Both the position numbers and the translations under genes were made by a program. Under the pieces are notes generated by a model. The model was not told the origin of the DNA. It did not search any database and worked only from the letters and a program-made list of their open reading frames with translations. A stretch of 64,000 nt of DNA from Candidatus Multivorans sp. (GTDB lineage Bacteria; Acidobacteriota; Thermoanaerobaculia; Multivoradales; Multivoraceae): NCBI GenBank assembly GCA_965247095.1, contig OZ251997.1, forward strand, positions 1,344,001-1,408,000, written 5' to 3'. Shown one piece after another: positions 38,601 through 46,565 of this stretch (position 1 is its first letter; each line of letters starts with the position of its first letter).

Positions 38601-40472
38601 CGCGGCCGCGTGCGGCGCCGCCGCCGACGTTCCTGCGAACCGCTCGAATTCCGGCGTCGCGGTCGACACCCAATCCGCTGCGACGAGGTCCGGCTTCTGC
38701 AGCACTTTGCCACCGGTGGACGAGTAGTTCTCGGGCGTGATCGCCGTGCCGTCCGGACGGAAGAACATCCGCCGCGGGCCGTCCGAACTGAACGCCCTGA
38801 CCGACTCCGTGCCATCGAAGACACCGTCGGCGCCGCCGGCTGTCGTGAAACTCACTGCCCCCACGCCAATCGCGTTCTCCGCCGCGAAATGACCATGGGT
38901 CTGACCATCGGTCGCGATCTCCAACCTCCCTCTGAGAGTATTGAGGTGCAGATAGCGATCCGCTGCACCGACCGACTTGACGACAACGAGACGCGCGCCG
39001 GTGTAATCCTCCCACCACGACGGGATGACCTCGATCGGGTCCTGCGTGCCGTCCTGCGTGTTCGTCGAGCTCGCGATCACCTCGCCGGCCGCGTCGACCA
39101 GGAAGAGGTCGTAATCGTTGGCCGAGGCGCCCAGCGGGTCGGCCCACTGGAGGACCAACGCAAACGGAGAGTCGTTTGTGAGCCCGTTCCCGTCTTCGCT
39201 GCCGCCGAAGTCGTGGCCGGCGCCAAACGTCCCGCCATCCACCGTGAACGGTGTTCCCGCGACGTAGTCGCCTTCCCAGACTCCGCCTCTACCGTCGTTC
39301 AAGTTGCCCGAGTTGCCCGCCGCCGAGACGTGCACGCAGCCGGCGGCCCTTGCGGCGTTGACGCCCTGCGCCACGATGCCGTCCTGAAAGACAGCTTCCT
39401 CAACGTAGTAGATGTCGTCGACGATCACGTCGGCCCCCGCCGCGCAGAGGGCCTCGATGTTCGACGCGAATCGCGCCTGTCCATATCTCGCTGTGGCGAA
39501 GTAGAGCTCTGCCCCCGGCGCGAGGTCGTGGACGATCTCCAACATCGCCGCACCCTCGGAGCCACGCCCTTCCTGCCGCCACGGAACGGTCACTCGGCGC
39601 GGCAGATCTCCCGACTCTTGCGCCTGTTCGTGCGAGAAGATGCCGTCCGACATCACGCCGATCCCGATACCTGTACCGTCGACGCCGAACGTCTGGCGCG
39701 CTACGTCCGCCTGGTGGGCGTTGTCGCCCTCCGAGGTATTGACCTTGGCTGCCAGCGCCACGCCATCCGGTGGGTCCGCTCCGGCAATGGCGGGCATTCC
39801 GCGGCCGGCTCCACGGCCAGGAGTGACCGCCCTGTCGGCCGCCCGGATGAACTGCACCGCAGCCGACTCTGCCAACCGCTCCACAGCGGCGACCGGTAGC
39901 TGCGCCCGCACCTCGCGGTAGCGGGGCACGCTGGAGATCGTCGTACCGCCAAGGTCGTCGATCCGCGCCAGGAGCTCAGGCGCTACATCCGCCCGAATGT
40001 CCACCGTCACGTGCCCGTCCAGCGCGACCTGTTGGTCCACCGTCATCTGGCCGACCAACACGCCGTCCGGGTAGGACCCGCCAACCGTTGTCGAATACAC
40101 GGCACCGGCCGACGTCCAAGCGACGGCGCCGCCTCCGGGAGCGACGAGGCGCCCGGACGCTATGCGGGCGTCCGCGGGGCTTTCGGCGCCTCCAGTAGCT
40201 GCCCGGTCAACCTCTCGCTCCAACCGCGCCCGGTGGGCAACCGCCGCCTCGAGGAGCTGCGAGGCCACCTTCCGCTGCGAGGGCGTCCGCTGGGCCTTCG
40301 CCGCCAGCAGCGCTTCGATCGACCGCTTGACCGTCACCGCCGCGGCGTCGTCGGTCTGCGCATGCGCGGGGCCGACCAGGAACAGAAGCGCCGCCAACCA
40401 CAACCCACCCGTCCCGGCCGACGGACCAGCCGAGGACCGATGCCGCGATCCCTCTTTCGGAACTCCGCGCAT
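35610..40472 (-). CDS. Large secreted S8/S53-like serine protease: propeptide, catalytic domain, Ig/cadherin-like, GLUG repeats, PKD, two KVLDG C-terminal domains
   Basis: GIGIGVMSDG, SEGAAMLEIVHDLAPGA, SAAGNSG, GTSAAAPH; G.VSGRD.VGGL.G repeats; WDFGDG. Confidence 0.88.
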   Translation of the reverse strand: MRGVPKEGSRHRSSAGPSAGTGGLWLAALLFLVGPAHAQTDDAAAVTVKRSIEALLAAKAQRTPSQRKVASQLLEAAVAHRARLEREVDRAATGGAESPADARIASGRLVAPGGGAVAWTSAGAVYSTTVGGSYPDGVLVGQMTVDQQVALDGHVTVDIRADVAPELLARIDDLGGTTISSVPRYREVRAQLPVAAVERLAESAAVQFIRAADRAVTPGRGAGRGMPAIAGADPPDGVALAAKVNTSEGDNAHQADVARQTFGVDGTGIGIGVMSDGIFSHEQAQESGDLPRRVTVPWRQEGRGSEGAAMLEIVHDLAPGAELYFATARYGQARFASNIEALCAAGADVIVDDIYYVEEAVFQDGIVAQGVNAARAAGCVHVSAAGNSGNLNDGRGGVWEGDYVAGTPFTVDGGTFGAGHDFGGSEDGNGLTNDSPFALVLQWADPLGASANDYDLFLVDAAGEVIASSTNTQDGTQDPIEVIPSWWEDYTGARLVVVKSVGAADRYLHLNTLRGRLEIATDGQTHGHFAAENAIGVGAVSFTTAGGADGVFDGTESVRAFSSDGPRRMFFRPDGTAITPENYSSTGGKVLQKPDLVAADWVSTATPEFERFAGTSAAAPHAAAIAALMLEAAGGPAHLTMADLRAAMWGSALDIEAPGVDRDSGAGIVMAPAAVDAVAVPAAIRNGAPVANRITVPTLAPGGAAVTIDITSGFTDPDGDALTYWALSGDPDRLPISLTGSMLTLTPVVPSVVMVSVRATDPGGLSVTDTIAVGTAVGAVDYDADDDGLIDIATLAQLNAVRYDLSGDGMTDETANWRTYGEAFSEAAAGMGCPGGCTGYELTADLDFDTNGNGAADAGDAYWNDGAGWDPIGLGHLWYRCLHCVGVHWVGGYGSADTFVATFEGNGHTIANLFMKMPDDGEDEWQTATGLFAVVDYDFRKGPGSAPVIRNVGLIGVDVTGRDLVGGLVGFAAAGEISGSYVTGRVSGRHLVGGLAGWVIPKTFGITASYATGHVSGENVVGGLVAFHSGEITNSFFMGIVSGQDRVGGLVGGAVISLPAITGGEIIGSYFTGSVSGRDSVGGLFGHLYRGRIIASYAMGSVSGRDEVGGLLGNVHEKGGGHGDIIASYAAARVSGRDRVGGLAGYVSKGDITASYWDTSTSGHTTGTFGQGRTTAELQAPTNYSGIYQAWSSLDLNGDGAPDGSWDFGTAAQYPALMADLDGDGQATWQEFGRQIREGPTLPDPDPPPDPDPPPDPDPPPVAPTARFTLSAECAGDLCSGRTGVPVSFEDTSPGTVVERHWDFGDGTTSSAARPDHAWTSPGFYTVSLTVSDGETSSTASRVVLVEASDPAGTCDPDAETLCLQDSRYAVRVSWWTKDGESGNARVAHAGTNDSGLFWFFERENWEVLIKVLDGCSINGKVWVFGASTTDQGYLITVTDTLTNSTRTYDNDPGLPAAAITDVTAFPQGCAGGASASTSPAAADGSGGDGSTGGSSAEPASHGCLGGSALCLQDDRYEVTVRWFTADGREGMGRPVSVGTADSGLFYFFDSRNWEMLVKVLDGCAFNERHWVFAAFATDVGLELVVTDTVTGASRTYTKGVGNPAPAVTDVGAFPEGCGQ
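36691..36744 (-). repeat. 18-bp tandem repeat encoding (DPDPPP)3 linker
   Basis: ggcggcgggtcggggtcc x2 plus one variant. Confidence 0.85.
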
Positions 40473-40566
40473 GGGGAGTATCCCAACGTTGTTGAGGAGT
40501 ATCCTATACGATCGAGCCGAACCGGCCCCCGCCGCGCACCACTCTTTCCGGCCAAACAGGCCGCGA

Positions 40567-41316
40567 CTAGCGGTTAGAAAACACCCGGAACAACTTCTTC
40601 AGCGGATCGTAGAACTCCGACACCACCCGTTCCTTGAGCGGAATGATCGCGTTGTCGGTGATCGTGATGTGCTCGGGGCAGACCTTGGTGCAGCACTTGG
40701 TGATGTTGCAGTAGCCGATGCCCTCGTCGTGCTTGAGCGCCGACAACCGGTTCCCGGTATCGAGCGGATGCATCTCGAGCGCGGCGTTGTAGACGAAGAA
40801 GCGTGGACCGACGAACTCGTCGTGCAGGTGGTGGTCCCGGAGCACGTGGCAGACGTCCTGGCACAGGAAGCACTCGATGCACTTGCGGAACTCCTGCACC
40901 CGCTCGACATCCTCCTGTGCGATCCGCCAGGTGCCGTCCTCGGCATCCGGCGGCCGCGGCTCGAACGGCGCGATCTTCTTCTTGACCTCGTAGTTCCAGG
41001 ACACATCGCAGACGAGGTCGCGGATGACCGGAAACGCCCGCATCGGTTCGACCGTGACCGGGCGGTCCGTCGGCAGGTCGCTCATCCGCGTCATGCACAT
41101 GAGCCGCGGCGTGCCGTTGACTTCCGCGGAACAGGATCCGCACTTGCCGGCCTTGCAGTTCCAGCGTACGGCGAGGTCGTTCGCCGAATCGGCCTGAATC
41201 TGATGGACCGCGTCGAGCACGACCATTCCCTCGGTGACCTCCGTCGTGTAGTCCCGGTAGCCGCCCTCGTCCTCGGCGCCGTCCTGGCGCCAGATCCTGA
41301 ACTGTGTCGCGGCCAT
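40567..41316 (-). CDS. sdhB: Succinate dehydrogenase/fumarate reductase iron-sulfur subunit
   Basis: CKAGKCGSC, CIECFLCQDVC, CNITKCCTKVC. Confidence 0.93.
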   Translation of the reverse strand: MAATQFRIWRQDGAEDEGGYRDYTTEVTEGMVVLDAVHQIQADSANDLAVRWNCKAGKCGSCSAEVNGTPRLMCMTRMSDLPTDRPVTVEPMRAFPVIRDLVCDVSWNYEVKKKIAPFEPRPPDAEDGTWRIAQEDVERVQEFRKCIECFLCQDVCHVLRDHHLHDEFVGPRFFVYNAALEMHPLDTGNRLSALKHDEGIGYCNITKCCTKVCPEHITITDNAIIPLKERVVSEFYDPLKKLFRVFSNR

Positions 41317-41317
41317 C

Positions 41318-43126
41318 TCAGCCCATCTCCTCGACCAGTCTGGTCAGTTCGTCGCTCATCGGCGCCACCGGGACCTCTTCGACCACCATCTCGCCGTCAG
41401 GGCCCTTCGCGACCCGGATGTTCACCTTGCCGAAGTGTTCGTCCTTCTGCGGGTAGTCGTCACGGAACTGCGCGCCGCGGCTCTCGCGCCGCATCAGGCC
41501 TGCCCGCGCCACAGCCTCGGACACGACCATCAGGTTGTGGAGGTCCAAGGCGGTGTGCCAGCCCGGGTTGTACTCCCGGTTACCGGGCGCCGACACGGCC
41601 TGCGCCCGTTCGGACAGCGCCCCGATCTCCTCGACCGCTTCCTCGAGTTCGGACTCGACCCGGACGATGCCCACCTTCTGCTGCATCAGATCCTGAAGCG
41701 CGTACTGAATCTGGTACGGGCCCTCGCCGCCCTCGCGCTCGAGCGGCTGAAGCGCCTCCTTGATCCCAGCCTCGGCAGCGGTCTCGTCCAGCCGGACTTC
41801 GCCCTGCTCCTTGGCGAACGCCGCCGCGTACTCGCCGGCCCGCTTGCCGAACACGAGCAGGTCCGAGAGCGAGTTGCCACCCAGGCGGTTCGCGCCGTGC
41901 AACCCGACCGCGCACTCGCCGGCAGCGTAGAGACCGGGGACGGAAGACATCTGACTCTCCGCGTCCACCCGTACGCCGCCCATCGCGTAGTGCGTCGTCG
42001 GGCCGACCTCCATGGCCTCCTTCGTGATGTCGATGCCGGCCAGTTCCTTGAACTGGTGGTACATGGAGGGCAGCTTCTTCCTGATGTGCTCTTCGGCGTT
42101 GCCGATCTTCTCCTTGATCCAGGCGATGTCCAGATAGACGCCGCCATGGGGCGAACCCTTGCCCGACTTGATCTGGTTCACGATGCATCGGGCCACGTGG
42201 TCCCGCGTCAGGAGTTCCGGCGGACGCCGCGCGTCCCGGTCACCGACCACGTAGCGCCAACCCTCTTCGGCGCTGTCCGCGGTCTGGTCCTTGTAGAGAG
42301 GGGGAATGTCGTCGAACATGAACCGCTCGCCGTCCGAGTTCAGGAGGATCCCGCCCTCGCCGCGCACGCCCTCCGTGACCAGGATGCCGCGCACGCTCGG
42401 CGGCCACACCATGCCCGTCGGATGGAACTGAACAAACTCCATGTCGACCAGGTCGGCGCCCGCATCGTAGGCCAGGGTGTGACCGTCGCCTGTGTACTCC
42501 CAACTGTTGCTGGTGATCTTGAACGCGCGGCCGATGCCGCCGGTGGCAAGCACCACCGCCTTCGCCCGGTAGACCCGGAACCGGCCCCGCTCCCGGTCGT
42601 AGGCGAGCGCCCCGGCAACCCGGCCATCGTCCAGGAGGAGCCGGAACACCGTGTACTCCATGTGGAAGTCGATCCCATGGTGGATGCCGTGATCCTGCAG
42701 GGTGCGGATCATCTCCAGCCCGGTCCGGTCACCGACGTGAGCGAGCCGCGGATAGCGGTGGCCGCCGAAGTTTCGCTGCAGGATGCGGCCGTCCTTCGTC
42801 CGGTCGAAGAGAGCGCCCCAGGCTTCGAGCTCCAGCGCCCGCGCCGGCGCCTCCTTGGCATGGATCTCGGCCATCTTGGGGTTGCTCAGGTACTGGCCGC
42901 CACGCAGGGTGTCGGTGACGTGGACCTTCCAGTTGTCCCGCTCGTCCACGTTGCCGATCGCGGCCGCCATGCCGCCCTCGGCCATCACCGTATGGGCCTT
43001 GCCGAGCAGCGACTTGCAGATCACGCCGCAGGACGCGCCAGCGGACGAGACTTCGATCGCCGCTCGCAGCCCGGCGCCTCCCGCGCCGATCACCAGCACG
43101 TCGTATTCGCAGGGGGTCTGTTCCAT
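41318..43126 (-). CDS. sdhA: Succinate dehydrogenase/fumarate reductase flavoprotein
   Basis: GAGGAG, KAHTVMAEGG (covalent FAD His), QFHPTG, TEGVRGEGG, HGANRLGGNSL, RESRG. Confidence 0.95.
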   Translation of the reverse strand: MEQTPCEYDVLVIGAGGAGLRAAIEVSSAGASCGVICKSLLGKAHTVMAEGGMAAAIGNVDERDNWKVHVTDTLRGGQYLSNPKMAEIHAKEAPARALELEAWGALFDRTKDGRILQRNFGGHRYPRLAHVGDRTGLEMIRTLQDHGIHHGIDFHMEYTVFRLLLDDGRVAGALAYDRERGRFRVYRAKAVVLATGGIGRAFKITSNSWEYTGDGHTLAYDAGADLVDMEFVQFHPTGMVWPPSVRGILVTEGVRGEGGILLNSDGERFMFDDIPPLYKDQTADSAEEGWRYVVGDRDARRPPELLTRDHVARCIVNQIKSGKGSPHGGVYLDIAWIKEKIGNAEEHIRKKLPSMYHQFKELAGIDITKEAMEVGPTTHYAMGGVRVDAESQMSSVPGLYAAGECAVGLHGANRLGGNSLSDLLVFGKRAGEYAAAFAKEQGEVRLDETAAEAGIKEALQPLEREGGEGPYQIQYALQDLMQQKVGIVRVESELEEAVEEIGALSERAQAVSAPGNREYNPGWHTALDLHNLMVVSEAVARAGLMRRESRGAQFRDDYPQKDEHFGKVNIRVAKGPDGEMVVEEVPVAPMSDELTRLVEEMG

Positions 43127-43926
43127 CAGACCAGTCTCAAGTCGGTCCAGATGCCCATCGAGCACATCCGGACGTAGATGTCGGAAAACGTGACCCAGAT
43201 CAGGCTGAACCAAGCCCAGGCCATGTGCCGGCGGTTCAGGCAGGAAACGCAGTTGTAGCAGGCACGCCGGAACGGACGCCCCGCCATCACGTTGCGGAAT
43301 CCGCCGACGACGTGACGCAGCGAGTGGCAACCGAGCGCGTAGCCGCTGAGCATCACCCAGTTGATCAGGATGACGAAGCTGCCGACGCCGATACCGAACG
43401 CGTGCCCACCCGCCGCCGTTTCGAACTCGAACGACCGGTACACGTCGATCGGAAAGAAGACGAAGATCCATGCCATCATCGCGTACAGGAAGTAGCGGTG
43501 GATGTTCTGCACGACCAAGGGGAAGGAGTTCTCTCCCCGGTAGGCGTCGCGCGGCTCGCCGACCGCGCAGGCAGGCGGGTCGGCCCAGAACGCCTTGTAG
43601 TAGGCGCCCCGGTAGTAGTAGCAGGTGGCGCGGAACCCGATCGGCAGGATCAAAATGACGAACGCCGGCGACTGCGGGATGAACGCCGGCCACCAGCTCG
43701 GGAAGCCGTCGAACCACGCGTGGTGGGTGAAACCGAAGACCTCCGGCGAGTACAGCGGCGACAGGTAGCCGCCGTAGGCGTAGTGCTCGCCCTGGAAGCC
43801 GGCCCAGGCCGAGTAGATGATCGCGATCCCCAGCCCGGTGGCGACGGCGGCCGGCTGCAGCCACCACGTGTCCTGGCGTTGGGTCTCGCCGAACGTTCGC
43901 CGCTTCAGAACGGCGGGAAAAGCCAT
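43126..43926 (-). CDS. sdhC: Non-canonical succinate dehydrogenase membrane anchor (Mycobacterium Sdh1/Rv0249c-like)
   Basis: Multi-TM; FRATCYYYRGAYYKAFW.DPPACAV, QNIHRYF, GCHSLRH; coupled to sdhA. Confidence 0.85.
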   Translation of the reverse strand: MAFPAVLKRRTFGETQRQDTWWLQPAAVATGLGIAIIYSAWAGFQGEHYAYGGYLSPLYSPEVFGFTHHAWFDGFPSWWPAFIPQSPAFVILILPIGFRATCYYYRGAYYKAFWADPPACAVGEPRDAYRGENSFPLVVQNIHRYFLYAMMAWIFVFFPIDVYRSFEFETAAGGHAFGIGVGSFVILINWVMLSGYALGCHSLRHVVGGFRNVMAGRPFRRACYNCVSCLNRRHMAWAWFSLIWVTFSDIYVRMCSMGIWTDLRLV

Positions 43927-44206
43927 CTCGGATTCTGTCCTCTCTCTGTCGAGTCTGCGGTTCGTGGAGGCGTGCGAGCCGTCCGGCCCAGCGGTGATCA
44001 TAGCCACAATGACGGGGATGGTTCGACTCGGGGAAGCGCCGAGCGCGTCGACCGCCGCTTGTGATCGAATCGCTGTTCACATGACTCGGAAACCCGAGGT
44101 CGACGAACTCGCATGGCGCCGTGCCGTGCGGCGAAAGATGGGCGGCGCGGAGGAGGTGATCAGGAGCCAACTCGGCCCGACCGCCCCGCCCTACCGGCCC
44201 TCTAGA

Positions 44207-46519
44207 GTGGCCCCGCGACGCCGCGCCAAGGTCTTCGCCCTGTCGGCGGCTCTGGCGGTTGCGGGCACGGCCTGGGCCCAGCAGCCCGACCAGCCCGGCG
44301 GCGCCCGGGTGGTGCGCGCCTACTTCGACGATCCGCTGATCGCCGCCAGAGCAGTCATCTCGCTCGACGCGCTGGAGTCGGAGTACGAGAAGGGCTACAT
44401 CGTCCTGCTCGCGACGGACGAAGACATCGAGGCGGCGCGGCAAGCCGGAATGCGGGTCGTCGATGACCACGACTACGTTTCCGTGGTCCTCCCCTCCGAA
44501 CTCCCAACAGAGGTCGTCCAGGGGACCATCGCCGGATTCCCCTGCTACCGCACCGTCGAGGAGACCTACGCGAGCGCCCGGGCGATCGTCAGCCAGCATC
44601 CGGCGCTCGCCACCTGGACCACGGTCGGCAAGTCCTGGAAGAAGGCACAGAGCGTGTCCAACGGCTACGACCTGAACGTGCTGCGCCTGACCAACTCGGC
44701 GACCTCGGGGACCAAACCCGCCCTGTTCATCACGGCGGCAGTCCACGCCAGGGAGTACACGACCGCCGAACTCGCCCTGCGGTTTGCCGAGTACCTTGTC
44801 GATTCCTACGAGACGGATGCCGACGTGAGGTGGCTCCTGGACTACCAGGAGGTCCACATCATGCTGCACGCGAATCCGGACGGTAGGAAACGCGCCGAGG
44901 AGGGTGTGCTCTGGCGCAAGAACCACAACACGAACCACTGCCCCGGTATCTGGCCGGGAATCGACCTGAACCGCAACTTCGACTTCAAGTGGGGAGAGGC
45001 GGGCACCACCATCGATGAATGCAGCCTCAACTACCCGGGCCTATCGGCCGCGTCCGAACCGGAAACGAAGGCGATTCAGACCTATATGGCGAACTTGTTC
45101 CCCGACGCCCGCGGGCCGAACGACAACAACGCGGCGTCCGCCGACACCAGCGGCGTGCTCCTTGACATCCACAGCCACGGCAGACTCATCCTCTGGCCCT
45201 GGGGCCATGTCGACGTGCCGGCGCCGAACGGCACGGCGCTCCAGACCCTCGGCCGGAAGCTCGCGTACTTCAACGGTTACACGCCGCTGCGGGCCTACGG
45301 GCTCTATCCGACGAGCGGCACGACCGAGGACTACGGCTACGGCGTGCTAGGACGCGCGTCCTTCACCTACGAGCTTGGTACGACGTTCTTCCAGGACTGC
45401 AGCGACTTCGAGAACTCGATCCAGGACGACAACATCGCGTCCCTCCTCTACGCCTTCAAGGTGGCGCGGACGCCGTACCTGACTCCGGCCGGCCCCGACG
45501 CTCGCAACCTGAGTCTGAGCGGCGGCGCATCGACGACCGGCGTCACCGCGGGCACGGCGGTCGCCCTCTCCGCAACCTTCGACGACACGCGCTACGAGAA
45601 CAGCAACGGCGCAGAACCGACTCGGGCCATCGCAGCGGGCGAGTACTACCTCGATGTACCGCACTGGGCTACGGGAGCGGTTCCCGACGCCATGTCGGCA
45701 TCGGACGGCGCGTTCGGCAGCAGCTCCGAGGCGGCAACTGCCACGATCGAGACGACCGGCCTGAGCACCGGCCGGCACACCGTCTTCGTGCGCGCGAAGG
45801 ACTCGGACGACAACTGGGGCGCTGTCACCGCGGTCTTCCTCGTCATCGACACCCCCACACCGCCGCCTCCGCCGCCTGAGGCCGCCTTCGATCTGAGCTT
45901 CGAGTGCACGGACGGACCCTGCCGAGTGCTGACCGGCATCCCCGTGACGTTTACCGACACGAGTTCGAGCACTGTGCGGTTCCGCACCTGGGACTTCGGC
46001 GACGGCACCACGTCGGGGCGCGCAAGTCTCGAGCACGCCTGGACGTCGCCGGGCTTCTATCGCGTGACGTTGACCGTTGGCGACGGCAGCACCGAGTCGA
46101 GCGCGTCGAGGGTGTTCCTGGTCGAGGCGAGCGAACCCGCAGGCACGTGCGCGCCGGATGAGGAAACGCTGTGTCTTCGAGACTCTCGTTACCAGGTGCG
46201 GGTGGAATGGTGGTCCGAGGACGGCGAACGCACCCCGGCACAGGTGGTCCACGAGGGGACGAACGACTCGGGACTGTTCCAGTTCTTCGATCAGGACAAC
46301 TGGGAGTTGCTGATCAAGGTCCTGGACGGTTGTTCGGTCAACGGCAGCATCTGGGTGTTCGCCGCTTCGGCTACCGACCGGGGCTACTCCATCACGGTGA
46401 CCGACACGAAGACCGAATCGGACAAGGAGTATCGAAACAACCCAGGCCGGCGGGCGCCGGCGATCACGGATGTCGTGGCCTTCCCGGCAGGTTGCGACGA
46501 TGGCAACGCAGTACGGTGA
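44207..46519 (+). CDS. Secreted M14 zinc carboxypeptidase with PKD and KVLDG C-terminal domain (start uncertain)
   Basis: HAREY, NPDG, WRKN, GIDLNRNF, DIHSHG, FTYELG; signal peptide ending AWA-Q; WDFGDG. Confidence 0.88.
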   Translation: MAPRRRAKVFALSAALAVAGTAWAQQPDQPGGARVVRAYFDDPLIAARAVISLDALESEYEKGYIVLLATDEDIEAARQAGMRVVDDHDYVSVVLPSELPTEVVQGTIAGFPCYRTVEETYASARAIVSQHPALATWTTVGKSWKKAQSVSNGYDLNVLRLTNSATSGTKPALFITAAVHAREYTTAELALRFAEYLVDSYETDADVRWLLDYQEVHIMLHANPDGRKRAEEGVLWRKNHNTNHCPGIWPGIDLNRNFDFKWGEAGTTIDECSLNYPGLSAASEPETKAIQTYMANLFPDARGPNDNNAASADTSGVLLDIHSHGRLILWPWGHVDVPAPNGTALQTLGRKLAYFNGYTPLRAYGLYPTSGTTEDYGYGVLGRASFTYELGTTFFQDCSDFENSIQDDNIASLLYAFKVARTPYLTPAGPDARNLSLSGGASTTGVTAGTAVALSATFDDTRYENSNGAEPTRAIAAGEYYLDVPHWATGAVPDAMSASDGAFGSSSEAATATIETTGLSTGRHTVFVRAKDSDDNWGAVTAVFLVIDTPTPPPPPPEAAFDLSFECTDGPCRVLTGIPVTFTDTSSSTVRFRTWDFGDGTTSGRASLEHAWTSPGFYRVTLTVGDGSTESSASRVFLVEASEPAGTCAPDEETLCLRDSRYQVRVEWWSEDGERTPAQVVHEGTNDSGLFQFFDQDNWELLIKVLDGCSVNGSIWVFAASATDRGYSITVTDTKTESDKEYRNNPGRRAPAITDVVAFPAGCDDGNAVR

Positions 46520-46565
46520 ACGGTCTGAAGCGCCGGGAACCGCGCAAGCCGGGACTCCAGCCGAC

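Noticed and set aside
43993-44008. CRP/FNR-like site GGTGA-N6-CCACA upstream of sdhC
   Set aside because: Only 8/10 match with no independent support
41318-44938. 1206-aa ORF suggesting a giant SdhA fusion
   Set aside because: Upstream part overlaps the anchor gene in another frame and the M14 gene on the opposite strand; SdhA homology starts at 43126
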